From Adineta vaga (taxonomy: Eukaryota; Animalia; Rotifera), in assembly GCA_021613535.1 (NCBI GenBank), contig CP075495.1, forward strand, positions 4,340,001 to 4,404,000: DNA of 64,000 bases, read 5' to 3'. The notes under the pieces are model-generated. The model saw only the letters and a list, made by a program, of their open reading frames with translations, had not been told where the DNA came from and searched no databases. Positions 12,017-26,547 of this stretch are shown piece after piece; position 1 is the first letter of the stretch; every line of letters starts with the position of its first letter. A program made the position numbers and the translations under genes.

Positions 12017-14355
12017 AATTAATAAAGAAATCTTACCGATTCTGTTTAAGTATTCCTAATAACAACAAAAAATGGATCTATTAAAGATGACAAAGCAAAA
12101 TTGGATCTAATTTTCAAGAGTACTTAAGTATATAATAGAATATATAGTTGGAAATAATGCAATTTCTATCAATAGAATTCCTAATATCGAGAAGGAGAAG
12201 AAAAATGTCGACAATTCTCTTTCATTCTTATTCTTCGTCTGCTTTCAAAGCAAGTATAGGTATTAGTTCTCTGTAGAGAAGAAAGAAAGAGATGGTATGA
12301 GAATAACAATATGATAATAAAAAGATCATAGAAGAAATTCTCCAAAGAGAAGATTTATGTTCCATACGACTAGATATAACTTTTGATTATTAACAATAAA
12401 ATAAGAGAGAACGAGAATCTTGTCTCATCATGGCTTCTTTTTTGTTTTGTTTCAAGCGAAATGATTATTGAGTTAGTGATTATATTATTCGATTAATCTT
12501 TGTATGATTTCAATTAATCCATTGAATTGTTAGGAATGACAAGATAAACCATATCAATCTTCCTATGAAAACAACATATGCAATAACTTCTATTCTATCG
12601 AGGATTTTTTGGAATTCTTTCTGTTTATTTTATCTGACGTCGATAAAGACAATCATCGTTTGATTATTTTTTTGCTTATGAAATTAATTGAATACAAAAA
12701 TTATGTATTAGTTTATAAACGATAATTTCTAGGAAATATCTTGAAACTATTCAATAGATACGAAAATCAATGAATAATTTTATTCATTCATTCTACAATA
12801 GAAAAGAAAAGTTTTGCACTATGTTTGTGATATTATTGATAAAATACCACTAGGAAATCTCATGATAATTTCTTCCTCATTTTCTGTTCTATCTATTAAG
12901 CATACATCATCAACCATGCATGGGATTTTTCATTTTCTATTTCGACTAATGATGATAAATGAAACCCAAGAGATAAGCTTGAAAATTAATTCACTATAGT
13001 TCAAAGTCATTTTTACTAATTAGAATTTATGTCGATAATATAAAGAAGAATCCTTATTTCAAGTTATTATATCGATTAAAAATCACATTTGATATCGAAC
13101 AAAAGTTGACAATCTATCTAGATTGATTAATAAGATTGACATTCTATGTTTGATATTAGCATTCTGTCAGATCGCTTCAAGATTTAACTGTCACGGCAAG
13201 GTTATTTTATCGATCTATGAAAGATTATTTCGACGAACTAAATGCTCCTCTCTCTCTATCAAGACAAAACGATAGATCCGAAATTTTCCATATCTTATAC
13301 GCATCATTTGCAGCTACTATGATAGACATACCTGTATTGTATTCTTGATATATTTATATAATAATTGACAATGAATCTAATTTCGTTGAGTTGATCATTA
13401 TGGACTTTTCTGTGTTTCAGTTAAATAGGACAAAACGCTATTCTGTTGCTATTTTCTTTTCACTTGAGATAATAATCTTTTCTCGGCAGTACTTCTTTCT
13501 TCTACGTTTTTTTTCCTTCATCGTTCCTTCTATCATCTTTTCAAGGATGAGTCAGCTGCTTCTTATATACAACAAGTTCTGTATTTTTCTCCTAGTCATT
13601 CAGAACAGAAACAAAGATATTCCTTACTTAATTAATGGTGAAATATTTTATAATCAAGTTACTATGTTCATATGTATCTGAGAATTTTATTCGTGATCTA
13701 AAATTAAATATAACAATATTAATGGACAAGGAAGAATATATCCGATTACAGGAGTAGATAGAAATTATATGTAATTAATGTCATTGCATAATTATACATT
13801 TGATAGACAACTTGATTTAAAATATTTGAAGGTTGAAATAATGTACGATATCTTGAAGTTTACTCGAATGAATAAATGTATTTCAATGCGATTAGACTTT
13901 CTGCAAGATCTGAGATATTTAAACAGTTATAGTAGATCGTGTGAATGTTAATTCATAAAAATCAACTAATGACATACAAAATCTACAAATTGGTTCAGAC
14001 AAGATGTTTAGTTTCAATATTTTGTGTCTGATGTCCGTTTATTTGATGTTTAGGGATCCTTTTCGTAAAAAAGAAAACAATCGATTTGAAACTTACAATA
14101 ATTTTGATCAAGTCATAAGTATAATTAGAGAATATTATCCAATATCATGTGCATACATGAAGCTCTCTATTACCTGCATTTTGCCAGTCTATATTCTTAA
14201 ATTAAATCATATTCATCACATGCACGTAAGAGGTACATGCAACTAGCACTTTTATTAGAAATACTATATTAGGTAGTGCTGTAAATCATGATACTCATAA
14301 AATTGTTTCTTAATAGTAAGACATATAACTATGTCATTGTTTACATAGTTTCCTT

Positions 14356-14387
<32 letters not shown>

Positions 14388-14617
14388 ATCGTATATGTAA
14401 ACGATTGTTGAGAGTTAATCAAACAAACTTATGTGCGTGTCTTTTAACACTTTTTTTTATGACTCACTCTGTATTCTTATTGGTTTATTTAATAATTATT
14501 AGTGAAGAGAAATTATATAAAAAAATTTAAATTAATTCTCGGAAAACAAACATTATATATTGATTTTTAGTCATCGTGAACATCATGTTTATATGAAGAT
14601 AAACCTTTGTTTCTTAT

Positions 14618-14631
14618 CATACCATAGCAAC
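14618..14631 (+). promoter_or_regulatory. RFX X-box candidate upstream of VWA3B
   Basis: CATACCATAGCAAC has a perfect right half-site and ends 98 nt before the ATG at 14729. Confidence 0.5.
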
Positions 14632-14728
14632 CTACATTGCAATGACAAACGGGATTTAATCCTGAAGCTGATTTGATTGATTCCTCTTGTTTTGTATTCG
14701 AGCTTTTAGTTCACGAATTTTCTTCTCT

Positions 14729-17700
14729 ATGACGACAATTCAAAGAAAGCGAACTTCATTTTCTTCAGCAACCGGTGCTCTTCTTGCTATTCCCTATTCA
14801 TTAACACCAGGTGAAGTTAAAAATTTCGATTTAGCTTCATCCTCTCTTGATACGACAACGATTACTATCGAAGATCCACCATATTTATCAAGCCAAGTAA
14901 AGAAAGATTTCATTCAAAAGTAAAATTAATTGACGTTATCATTTTTTCTCTAGTTAAACAGTACAGAATGGATTCAGCGATACGGTTTAAAAGCACAACA
15001 ATTAACCTTCGATCAAATTTTACAACAAATCGGATACAAACGACTTGAAAGTTTGTTCGTTTTCTTTTCTTTTCTTATCTTTTCAATCAGAATCTCTATT
15101 TCATAGTGAAATAATTAAGATGAAAATTAAATCATTTTTAATCGACATACAGAACAACGAGTCCCAAGAATGACAAAAATCAAGATAGAAGATACCATGA
15201 AAATGACATTTATAAGGCTTGTTAAAAGTCTGATTTTACATATGTATTCGTATGCATTTTTTTCTTCTTTTTGTCATTATTTATTTGCAAAAGAATCACT
15301 ACGATAAGGTTTCTTACGATTGGCATCCGTTTACTAGAGGAATGATGTCGTTTTTTAAACTTCAACGACTTGCTTTTTCTTGAAAATCGATTGAGCGTAT
15401 CTAAATGATTGTTAATGTTAACTTGAAATCAAATTTGAAAAGAGAATTACTAGAAGGAAATCATCAGTGATTAAGTGATTGAATTCAAAGAATCGAAAGT
15501 TATGTGCGGCAATAACATTGCTGAATATGAGGAAAATGATTCGTATTATTTACTCTTCTAGCAGCTCAAACGATAATTTTTCTTACCTGATTTTCTTTTT
15601 GCTTATAAATTGATTTATTCGAAATTATTTTAGGTTTTGTTCCATCCATTGGCAAATCTGTCGGTGCAAAATATACCGGTAATCAATATCATGAAGTACT
15701 ACATGATAATGGTGATCATTATATTGTAAGATTGAAGTACTTTCTCTTGAAAACTCTGATCATTTGTTTTTCAGTTAACTTGCCGTCCAGAGAAATTACG
15801 TGAATTTAAAAATCATCTCGTACGAATGTTGAATTTATTACGAAAACGTTTAGCATTTATAACTAGTGGATCGCGTCGTGTATTCGGTATGATTGGAGAA
15901 CCAAGTGTATCTCTTGTATGCGATTGTAAAACAATGGATCATCGAAGATTTAATGAATTTCAATCAACTGTTATAAGTTTACTTAAAGAACAAGTTTCAA
16001 AAATAAAACGATTTAATATTATTTGGTATGAAACAATTTTTATTAAAAGTAATAGTAGTTCTATCTGCTATTCATAACACATAGGGTTTCGAATGATAAA
16101 GAAGACTTTCAAGAACGACCTATTGATGTTACCTCGACAACTGTTGATCAAGCTGTAAGTTCACAAAGTGAAAAAAAATATCGGATTTGATACACACATT
16201 ATTTGAGAGGAGAGAAATAATTTTCAAACCTTCAACTGTCACATTTGCATATTATTCAAATATGTGAAATGAAAATTATTTTGAGAAAACAAAATCCGAT
16301 TGATAACAAAACAATTTGTTTAGATATATATTTTCCATTAAGATTGATTGGATTGGTGCTCGAAAATGTGCTCGAAATAAAATCTCCATAAGTGCAACAT
16401 GTGAAGCTATGGTCAGAGCTTTCACAAGTTCTGTAAATATATTTTCTATTTGAATTTACTTCAATAAGGTTTTTGCTCTATTTAGGTTCATAGCATTTAT
16501 TTAATAACTGAAGGTGAATCATCTGATTCTGCTCGTGAAATCTTACGTGATAATATTGTTAAAGCACGTCTTTCTTTAAATACACCAATACCTGTACATG
16601 TGGTTTCTCTATTTTGTAATAATAATGATACAGAAACATTTCTTCGTTCGATAGCAAAAACGACCGATGGCAAGTATGTATCAAGCTAATAGAAACGTTT
16701 GTTCTGTATTTTTAAATTCATGTACATTTTTGAATAGTTTTATATCCTATAAAATTAATCATGAAAGAACAGATTTAAAATTAGCAACAAATCTAACTGA
16801 TCCAAGTGGAATTAAATTTCAAAATAATACAATAAATTTTGGTACAAATACTACCGTATCAAAACCTGAACAACCGATTGATTTATCTTTAATGTATAAA
16901 GAAATCAATCAATGTCATAATATCATTGATCGTATCGATCAAATTCTTGGATTTGTTCAAGATGATAATGAAAAAGCTCTTCAAAAATATGACGGTAATT
17001 GTCAGAAAAGAAGTCATGTAGATAAATTTGCAAGATTTGTTTTTAGCAAGAAAATCATTAGATACAATGAATTCATCAAGTAAAACGAATCAAAATACTG
17101 GTAATAATAATCGACAACATGGTCTTGTAATTGAATCATCGGCATTGTTTAATACTGATGAAAGTGAAATGGCATCGAGTGAATGGTTGAAAATCTATGG
17201 AATCGATGCACAAAAATTAGATGTTACATCTGTTCTTCAACCAACAGCTTTTCGACATTGTGATGGTGTTATTACAACATTAAAACCACCAGAAGATGCC
17301 ATTGGAAAATATGATAAAACTCCCGCAGTAAGTTCAATACAAAACTCTTTCATCGAAAGACATCACATAAATAGATTTTGTTTTCATGCTCATCTTGGAA
17401 GTGTTTTTTTTCTCCGACGAAGAACATAAATAGCGTCATATATGTGTTTACATTGAAAACTATTTCGTTTAGCATGCTAAAACTAAACTAATCAATGCAA
17501 AATATTGTGATCAATTTGCTCATATCACAGGACATGATGGTACTATTCGACATGTTTTTGTTACAACAGATATGTATCGGTATGTAAATTTTCATAGGCA
17601 ATATATCATCAATATCGATTTCATTTATTGTAGAGATTATGAAAGACGAATTCTAGCTTTATTAGAAAAAATCAAAGCACGGTAATATTTTATGAAAATA

Positions 17701-20700
17701 AAAAGAAAAGAATGAAATCATAAGACTATCTTTGAATTTTAGATTAGCATGGTTAAGAAAAGGCAGTCGAGATCTATTTGGTACAATTGTTGAAAAGAAT
17801 ATTTATATTTTAATTGATACATCAGTTAGTATGCAAAATCATTTAGATTTTGTTAAAGATAAACTTCGTTTATTAATTCAAGTAAAAGTTAATTATAAAT
17901 TTGACAATAGTTATTATATATATATATGGAAATATTTAGGATCAATTATTTTCAAAAGAACGTATTAATATGATAGCATTTAATACTGTAACTAATCCAT
18001 GGCGTGATCGTTTAACGAAAGTAACAGATTCTAAAACAACTACTCAACTTCAAACATGGATTGATGAACTATATGCCGAAGGTTCGACAAATACATTAGC
18101 TGCACTTCGTTTTGCCCTCGCTGATCCCGTGACAGAAGCAATTTATTTATTAACAGATGGACGACCTGATCAAGTAAAATCTTTTTTTTTATATTTAATA
18201 AATTAATTGTATTTGTTTTGTAGAGTGAACGACATATACTTTCACAAGTTGAATATCGTAAAAAAGTACCAATCCATACAATTGCATTTAATTGTCAGGA
18301 TCAAATTGCTAATCAATTTTTAATTGATTTATCTAAACAAACAGGTGGCCGTTTTCATGCATTTAATTATGGATTGAACAATGAAACACCATCTGAAATA
18401 CCTGAAGTAAGATATTTCTTAGTCAACAAAAAAAAACGAAAAGATTTCAATCGTATCTTATTGAATATAGAGTGAAGATGTTATGAGACTTAAACAAGAA
18501 TTAGCACGTGGTGACAAAGAAATAAAACGTATTGCTGATCTACGTGATGAATGTACCGGTCGTGCATGGTCATTGACAAGTATAGAAGCAAAATATAAAA
18601 TTCCACGACAGAATGAACTTTCAGCTTCATTACCAATTCGAAGTCAAAGTTCGTTCGATATAAAATCTCGATCAAACAATGTTTGTAAGTAATGATTATA
18701 CACATTGATATCTAATGAAAGATAATGTTATGCAACTGTTTACTCAAATACATTGGTTTCTAATGATACGTCCTTGAGTTCTATTACGTATTGTGCTTCA
18801 TCATTTTCAAAAAGTAAAATAAATGATAGACTGAAGAATTCGATCGTTTTTTTTCTTTTGCAAAACTCTTTACTACTCTTGTAATCGAAACCTACGAATG
18901 AAAACGTTCTTCTTTCCTTCATTCTTTCAAGGTATTTTTCTTCTTCTGTCTGTTTCCAGAGTGATGTTATAAGAACAACATATGTCACTAGTTGTTTTTT
19001 TATTTTCTCTAAAAATTCTTTATTTTACATAGCTTCAATGTCACAACGATTAGAACGAAGAAAATGTTCTTCAGTATTATCAAGTCGTAAACAACAAAAA
19101 ACTCAAAAAAGTATATAATTTCAAATTAAATTAGAAAATTTTCTCTATTTTTCTTTCGACGTAAAATTCAATTTTTAGAAACAACAGTAATAGAACGAAC
19201 GACGAGAATTTATTATAATGCTGATCAATGGCTTTTACCTGAAACAGAAGATTATTTGAGAAAGAATGATAAACAACATGATCGTACATTTGTTGAAGAA
19301 CATCAAGAATCACGACCAGGTAGATCAAATCTATCAAGTAGAATGAACAACAACATCTTTTTCTTTTCTAGTTACTCCAAAAGAAATAGTTAAAAAGACT
19401 CCGTAAGTTTTATTTTTTCCTATAAAATCATCTTTCAATCGTTTTCTTGTTATTTTCTAGTACACCTTATGATGAAGTGAAATCCTATTTAAGAAAGAAC
19501 AGTTTAGTCACGAAAGGTTTAACTCTATTTGATGTTCTTTATCCAACCACAATAACAGTCAAAGAACCAACACATATTCAAGTTATTGATCGTTATGTAT
19601 TGGCTAAAGTTTGGGATGATGTACGATTTTATACAAAAGATTTATATAATGTCTTGTTATCTTTCGATTTAGATCCTACCATTAGCATATGGATCATATG
19701 TTAATAAACTTCGATTAGTTAATCACTATGCTGTTAATTTAGAAAAATATGAATTAAAATTAAAAGATTTAATTCGAGATTATCGAGAGTAAGTTGAACA
19801 AACGAATGAAAGAAAGTGAATTAAATAAATTGTCTTATTATTTTATGAAGATTTACTGCACGATTTATTTGGAAATATTTAAGCAATGATGATAAGAATA
19901 AGTTAGTGATCAATTCAATTGAAATTATCTCACATTCTTCTATTTCATTTAGACTTGCTCCAAATCTATATTGGGTTAATTTATCACAAGAAGATAAAGA
20001 TAAGTAAGTACATGTCTTATCCGACGATATCTATCTATTCCGATCCTGTTTCTATTAACTATAGATTCGCTCAAGAGAATACTAGTGGTGAACATCCAAA
20101 TCGAACGTAATTCATCTATAAATTTTTTATTTTATAACTATTAAATTGTTTTGATGTAGTCCATTGGAAATATTTGCTTGGAATCAATTAAATGAAGATG
20201 GAAAAAATAGGTAAAGATAGATGATCGATTTGATTTGTTAATACTATTTTGTTTTTGAAGTTTTTTACAAAAAATTCCAAATTATTATGAAAATAATGAA
20301 GTTACGTTAAAAAATGCATTAAGTGATGCCAAAGCTAAATCAGCTTTAGAAGGAGTTTCGCGAATGGATGTTGAAATCAAACGTGCGATTAAATTTTTAC
20401 AAATTTCAACTGATTTACGTAGATATCAAAAACAAGCTGGAGTAAGTTCATAATTTTTCTTACGAAAATACATTTTTATTCTTAGAATGAATCAAAAGTA
20501 TCAATCGAGCCAACTCCAAGTGGAAAGAAATCGTCATCAAAATCTTCATTTGCCGGTCAACGTGTTCTTGTTCGTTATATTCCTGATGGCTATTACTATA
20601 CTGGCACATTATATCTAGGTTCAGATGGTCGATTAATGGTTTTATTTGATATGGAAATTCACCAAGAAGTCATTTCGTATATTGTTTTATCTACAAATAA

Positions 20701-23098
20701 GTCAAGCAATTATTCAGCTTTATTCTTAAATGATCCTGTACTTGTTCGTCAAATGAGAGGAAGTGAAGAATATTGGACGCCTGGTTTAGTAATGGGTCTT
20801 CCAGGAGCGTTTACTTTGCCATCGGATGTATATATGATTCAAATAGACTATCCAAACCCTCAACGAGTATGTATCAAAGAAGGAGACAAACGAAGAAAAT
20901 ACATTCTTTCTTAGATCTATGTTCATCGAAAAGATATGGTTCGAACAAGTATGACAGTATTTCAAAAAAGTAATCTTTATCTCCAACAGATTTAGTACGT
21001 TTTTATTCCATTGAATTATATTTCAATTTTCTTGTCTGTCTCTAGTAATTCCATCGTGATACACCGCTCCGGATCACTATCTTCGCAATCCGATTTAGAT
21101 CAACCGTCAGATGGGTTTGAAAGTACATCTATTATTTAAACATTTCTCTCTTAAGAAGACATTGTTTTTCATTCAGAAACTCTTCGTAAACTTCTCGATC
21201 AATTAAAAGAAAAAGTTGAACGTTACCATAAAGAGCATCATGCACGCTTCGATGAGTTACAGATAGTAAAGATCAAGATCATAAAACGATGATTCTCTAA
21301 AGTTCTTTTTTTTTCTCTACAGGAAATAGATGATCAAACGAGAACAATTCGAATTTTACAAGAACAACCATCAATAAAACTAGTTCATGTAGAATCAACT
21401 CAAACGTATCCAAGAACAACCTTACCTAAAAATAAACCTGAAAAAACATATGAAAAGCCTTCTAAAATTCCATCACGATCACCATCACCACCACCATCAC
21501 CACCACCATCACAAGTACTACCACGACCACCATTAATACCATCGCCTGTGAATCCTTCGCGTATTTCACCTAGTACACAAGTCTATGCAGTATGGTCCGC
21601 AGATGATGGACTAGTTTATGAAGTATGTGAAAACAAATCATTATTGATTGATATAAAAAATAGCCTGAGAAAAAAAGAAAGAATTGTCAATTGAGATAAA
21701 AATTACATTTGATCAAAAACAAAACTTCCTTCCGTTGAATGAAAACTTAAGTGAGCGTATAATATTGAATTACATTGCAATTTAGGTTAACAAATAGTAG
21801 AAATCTTTTCTTCTATTCATAGTTCTAGTCGGTCGTTTCATCTTGGAAAACGAAGCTATAAAAGATCGATAAAAGTCATTGCAGAAATGTTCAATGCCAA
21901 AATTAGATCGCTTTTTCTTTTGATTGAACGAACAAATCATTGTTTATTCAGTTCTTTTGTAATGTATGTGAGACATTAATGAATAAAAAGAATGTGTAAA
22001 AGAGAACAAATCACTAGAGATTTATTACAGTTAACTGAGCGTATAAATCAAAAGATTTTTATATCAGAAATAATCTAGAATAGAAGTGCAAAAGCTGTTG
22101 AATATAAAATCATCATCTTTAAGGACAAGATATTTAACTCATATGATGACATTTTTTAATGTTTACTTTAGAGTATTGTATTAGGATCACATGATTCAGA
22201 TTATTATCTTGTCGAACGTACTGATCTACGTGGTATCATTGGTCATATCTCACGTAATGATATATTTCTTCGATCAGATCATGTTCTTCTCAAAATCATG
22301 CCTGTAAGAAAATTAATCATAGTTAATTTGTTTCCATGATCTATATAATTAATTATTTTTGAAGGAAAAATCATTTGCTTTTATTAAATATCCTGATGAT
22401 GCTCGTCATTGTTTTTGTCCAGCCGTGATTATTCGTCATGGTAAAACAACAACAAAAGTTCGTTTTTATGATTGTAACGAAGGAGATTTGGATAAATATC
22501 AAGATGTTATACAAATTACTGAAGAACAATTTGCACACTATTCAAAATTACGTATTGAAAAAGAGATATCTCGAGTAAATGAAGTTACTGTTGCTTTTAA
22601 CGATGATAGCAAAACATTTATGTTAGGTAATTGAAGAAATTAATCGATCTTTTAATTTCTATTAAAATGAATCGTCATTTTCATTAGGTACGATTAAAAA
22701 ACGTATTGGCAATGGTCATCAATATTTAATTGAATGGTATGACCATAGTAGAGGTGAACAAACAGATGAATATTTATTTACTGAAATATTTACTCAACCT
22801 AATAAACATATCAAAGGAAATTATGTTTTGGCTATGGATGAAAATAAATCAATATATCGATTAGGTAAAGTCATTTCGATTTCACCTGATCGTAAAACTT
22901 TAACAGTTGAATTTACTGATGCACGAACAAAGAAAGATAGTTCAACACCAAGGTATGTAATTTGTTTATAGAGTACAAAAAGAAAGAACTCAATCTAATT
23001 TTGTTTATATTTATAGAACAGTAGAGGTTGCAGCAACGACGACATTTGTAATCAGTGAAGAATATCATGATAAAATTATCCAACGTCAACATACATGA
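14729..23098 (+). CDS. VWA3B: von Willebrand factor A domain-containing protein 3B-like (ciliary), many exons
   Basis: Repeated S-x-EW-xx-YGLKAQxL motifs; RLAWLRKGSRDLFGTIVEKNIYILIDTSVSM; VWA MIDAS elements STNTLAAL and IYLLTDGRPD; C-terminal Tudor-like repeats. Confidence 0.88.
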
Positions 23099-23295
23099 CA
23101 TTATTTTTCTGTACTAAAAGAAAACATTCTTCATGATACACAAAATATTTCCTTCTCTCTTCAAATAAACAAATCTGATGATGAATGAATTCTTCTTGGC
23201 TTTACACGTCTATCTGTTTATTTAAAAAGTAGAGACAAAGAAAAAGAAGAAGAATAGAAAATGTTCTTTTTTATGAAGACCTCTTTTTAAATAAT

Positions 23296-23706
23296 TTACA
23301 CGTACCATTCTCTGGAATCGACACCATTTTGCTCATTTGATAGTAATTTTTGTCGATGATGATTGGATGTTGTTATTTTTCCTCCACAACCAGCAGCACT
23401 TTCATGATTATCGAGATGAGAATTCGTAACGAAATTTTTACTTTCATCTATTTTATATGAACCTTCATCACGATTTCGATATTTAACAAAAGCATAGATA
23501 ATAATGGTAATTAGAATAACACTAGCACTGATACATCCAACTAGTAATGCTATATTGAATGTTCGATTTGTACCCTGTTGTGATGTTTGAAAAAGGCTAA
23601 CATTTGAAAATAATGATGTTGTTGTTGTTGTTGTTGATAAAAGATTTATTGTTGTCGAATTATCATAACCACTATCAACAAGAAAATTATTTTCCGACGA
23701 TGACAT
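23296..23706 (-). CDS. Miniature neurexin-like single-pass membrane protein (gamma-neurexin/glycophorin-C-like, 136 aa)
   Basis: S/T-rich ectodomain with N-x-S/T sites and one TM. Juxtamembrane KYRNRDEGSYKIDESKN (neurexin band-4.1 motif); PDZ-binding end REWYV. Confidence 0.88.
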   Translation of the reverse strand: MSSSENNFLVDSGYDNSTTINLLSTTTTTTSLFSNVSLFQTSQQGTNRTFNIALLVGCISASVILITIIIYAFVKYRNRDEGSYKIDESKNFVTNSHLDNHESAAGCGGKITTSNHHRQKLLSNEQNGVDSREWYV

Positions 23707-26547
23707 TAGTGTAGCAATAGTTGAAGATAATGATCGATCGACAACGAATAGAACAGCATAGTGATGAAATGATGAAGTTTCTTCTGGATTGACAATGTTA
23801 GTGAAAAAAGAAAGGAAGAGTACGGTGAAGAACGAGGAATAGCAAAGCCACTTGATGAATAATAAGTAGTTTGTTGATGTTCACAATAAGATAGAAGCAA
23901 TAATGATAAAAACTAAAGAACGACTGATTGGAAAAGTAAAATGCGTTTGAATATATCTTCAACTAAAAAGAATAGAGAAAATCAAATTGACGCCTTGCTT
24001 CGAAAGCAAAACTCGAGATGAGACGATGTGAGACAAAAAAAATGAATAATGTGTTTTTTTTGCATGTAAAATCTTGTTACTATGATGGAAAATATTGGAG
24101 GGACGAGCGAGGAAGAGAGAGAGAGAGAGAGCAAATAGATGTTAGTGTTGGCAATTGGATAGAACGACAGCGAAGGCACAACTACTGGAAAAGATCCTTT
24201 CTCTCTCCTTTCTTTCTTTTTTTTCTCTCTCTCATATTTTTTTTGTCTGCATATGAAAGCAAGCGACAACGCTCGCATGGCCTGCTGTTCCTATTACTCA
24301 AGAAGATGACGAGAAAGCAAGGACGACGATGTAGAGGAATTATAATAATTTTTTGTGACGCGAACAAGAAAAAGGGAAGACACACGCACACAACATATAC
24401 ACGCAACCGTCACTAAAGAGAAATAGAATTCTATCACATCCACTCTACTAATGCAACAAAAAAGAAAATGCGCATTCACATGCAGCCCGTGTTCTATGCT
24501 GCTATTTAACTTCCCGTAAATAAATGCTCGTTGCTAATAAATGAAATAATAGGGAAAAAAACTGACGACGGAAAAGTTATATTACTCTTGCGAAACTTTT
24601 AACAATAGCATTGAACGACAGTTAAAAAAACTAAACTTAATTGATCCCTGTATGTTATACGGTTTGCTCTTTTTTCTTTCTTTCTTCATCAATATTGAAT
24701 ACATTAATTAATATTGACGTTGATGAAATATTATCATCTGATTTTAGTTGACAAAGATAACTAGAAATTAGAATCGACATTTTCTTTTTGAAGAACTTTC
24801 TTAATCGAATCAATTCTATTGATTACTTACTTGATTCTAAATCGTCTGTATCTATTTGACATGAAAATATAAGTATGAAACATTTTGACGACTTATTCTT
24901 TTTCGTGATAATTATATCAGATAAAATGACATAAACGATTAAATTTATTATCATTATCATCATCATTAGAATTAAAAACGGGATTCATTCATTTCTCTTT
25001 TTATACACTCTTTGATTTGCAAGACATCGCTCGATCGATAATTATTTACGTATTCCTGAGACCAAACAGGCGTTGCTTAATTAAAATCTGTTTGGAGAGA
25101 TAAGATTTCACTCATATCATTATCATCATCGTCATCTAAAGACGAAGAAGAAATTCTTATGCTCCAAGCAGTTTCCTTCGATTCATATGACCTTAAGTAT
25201 CAACAAGTTGTTTGGTCAGTGTCAGTTCGAAGCATCTCTTGATATTTTCGAGTAATTCGAAAATGATAATTAGAGTACGCAGGTGTCAACAATTAGATTT
25301 CATTTAGAGTAATATTAGAAGCTGACGACGACACATGTAGAGCACAGATGTCGAAGGATAAAAGAAATAGAATATCATTTCTCTAATGGAGTCTACCATG
25401 GAAGGTCATATCAGAAATAGTCTTTCGAGAACAGATTATTTTAAGCGAGAAGCATTTTTCAATATTCTTTTGTGAAAATCATTTTATAAATATCTAATGA
25501 ATATTTCTTTCACTGCGCGTGCACTTATGCCATTAGTCTCTTGATAAAAACCGAATAATAAAGAAGTGAATATATATATTCTCTATTGAATTATTTTATC
25601 AGTATTGATCAAATTCAGCACGCAATGGAACATAAAAACAAAAGAGATATTGTTCGAAGAGTTAGATCTAAATCAAACAAGAGCAATTTAATTATAATAA
25701 TTAACATGAAAGTTAGAACTCAACGAATTAATCATCTTATTTTCTGCTTCTTACAGCTTTTAATTAATATATATAACAAATTATTACGCGTTTCTTCAAG
25801 TTAATTGCTGAGTTAAAAGCAAAAAAAACCTGATAAATCATCGAAAAGAGTATCTAGTAAAAGACAGAATGTTGTAAACAATTCTTTGGTAAATATTTTT
25901 CAAGTCAAGTATATCGTAATAGAAATAATTATTCGAATTGTTTACTCAAAGCAACGGATGTAGAAAATTTAATTAGATTTCTACATATTATTAATTTAGC
26001 AATTGATTTTCAAGAAAGATATTGTCTAAGAGTCCTTATAGTAAATACTTCATAGAGAAGAATTGTAAGTAAACAAGAAACGAACTGTTTAGACAGATGG
26101 TTTTCATATACAAAGATGTAAAGTAAAAATTCTGTTAACTTTTATCGATAATACATATTTCAATTTAATACTTTTCTCCTTCAATAATGATAATAAGATA
26201 TACTTTGTAGAGTGTATCATGATAGTCTTTCTGATGTTATTCATTAATAGTCAAGAGAAAACAAATTTTTTGGCTATTCATTAGCAATGTTTTCTTATTA
26301 AATTAACCATGAATGATGCAAAAGAATGTTTAAACCAGCAATAAAACAGAGTATATTGTCACGTGTCTTATATGTATATATGCATGTATAGAGAGAGAGA
26401 GAGATAGTATTGCATAGGTAAAACTACTGCACGTTGGTTTATTTGATCATGCGTGACTTCATTGAACAAAAAGAATGACGAAGGAAAAATATTTTAACCT
26501 CGTTCTTCACTGAATGAACAAAAGATAACATTGATTTTACCTTTATT

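Noticed and set aside
15050-22171. Recurring TGAGCGTAT in long VWA3B introns as possible snoRNA or MITE remnants
   Set aside because: No convincing C/D or H/ACA boxes, terminal repeats or extended similarity.
23982-24479. ORFs upstream of the mini-neurexin
   Set aside because: Low-complexity GA/CT promoter or UTR sequence.
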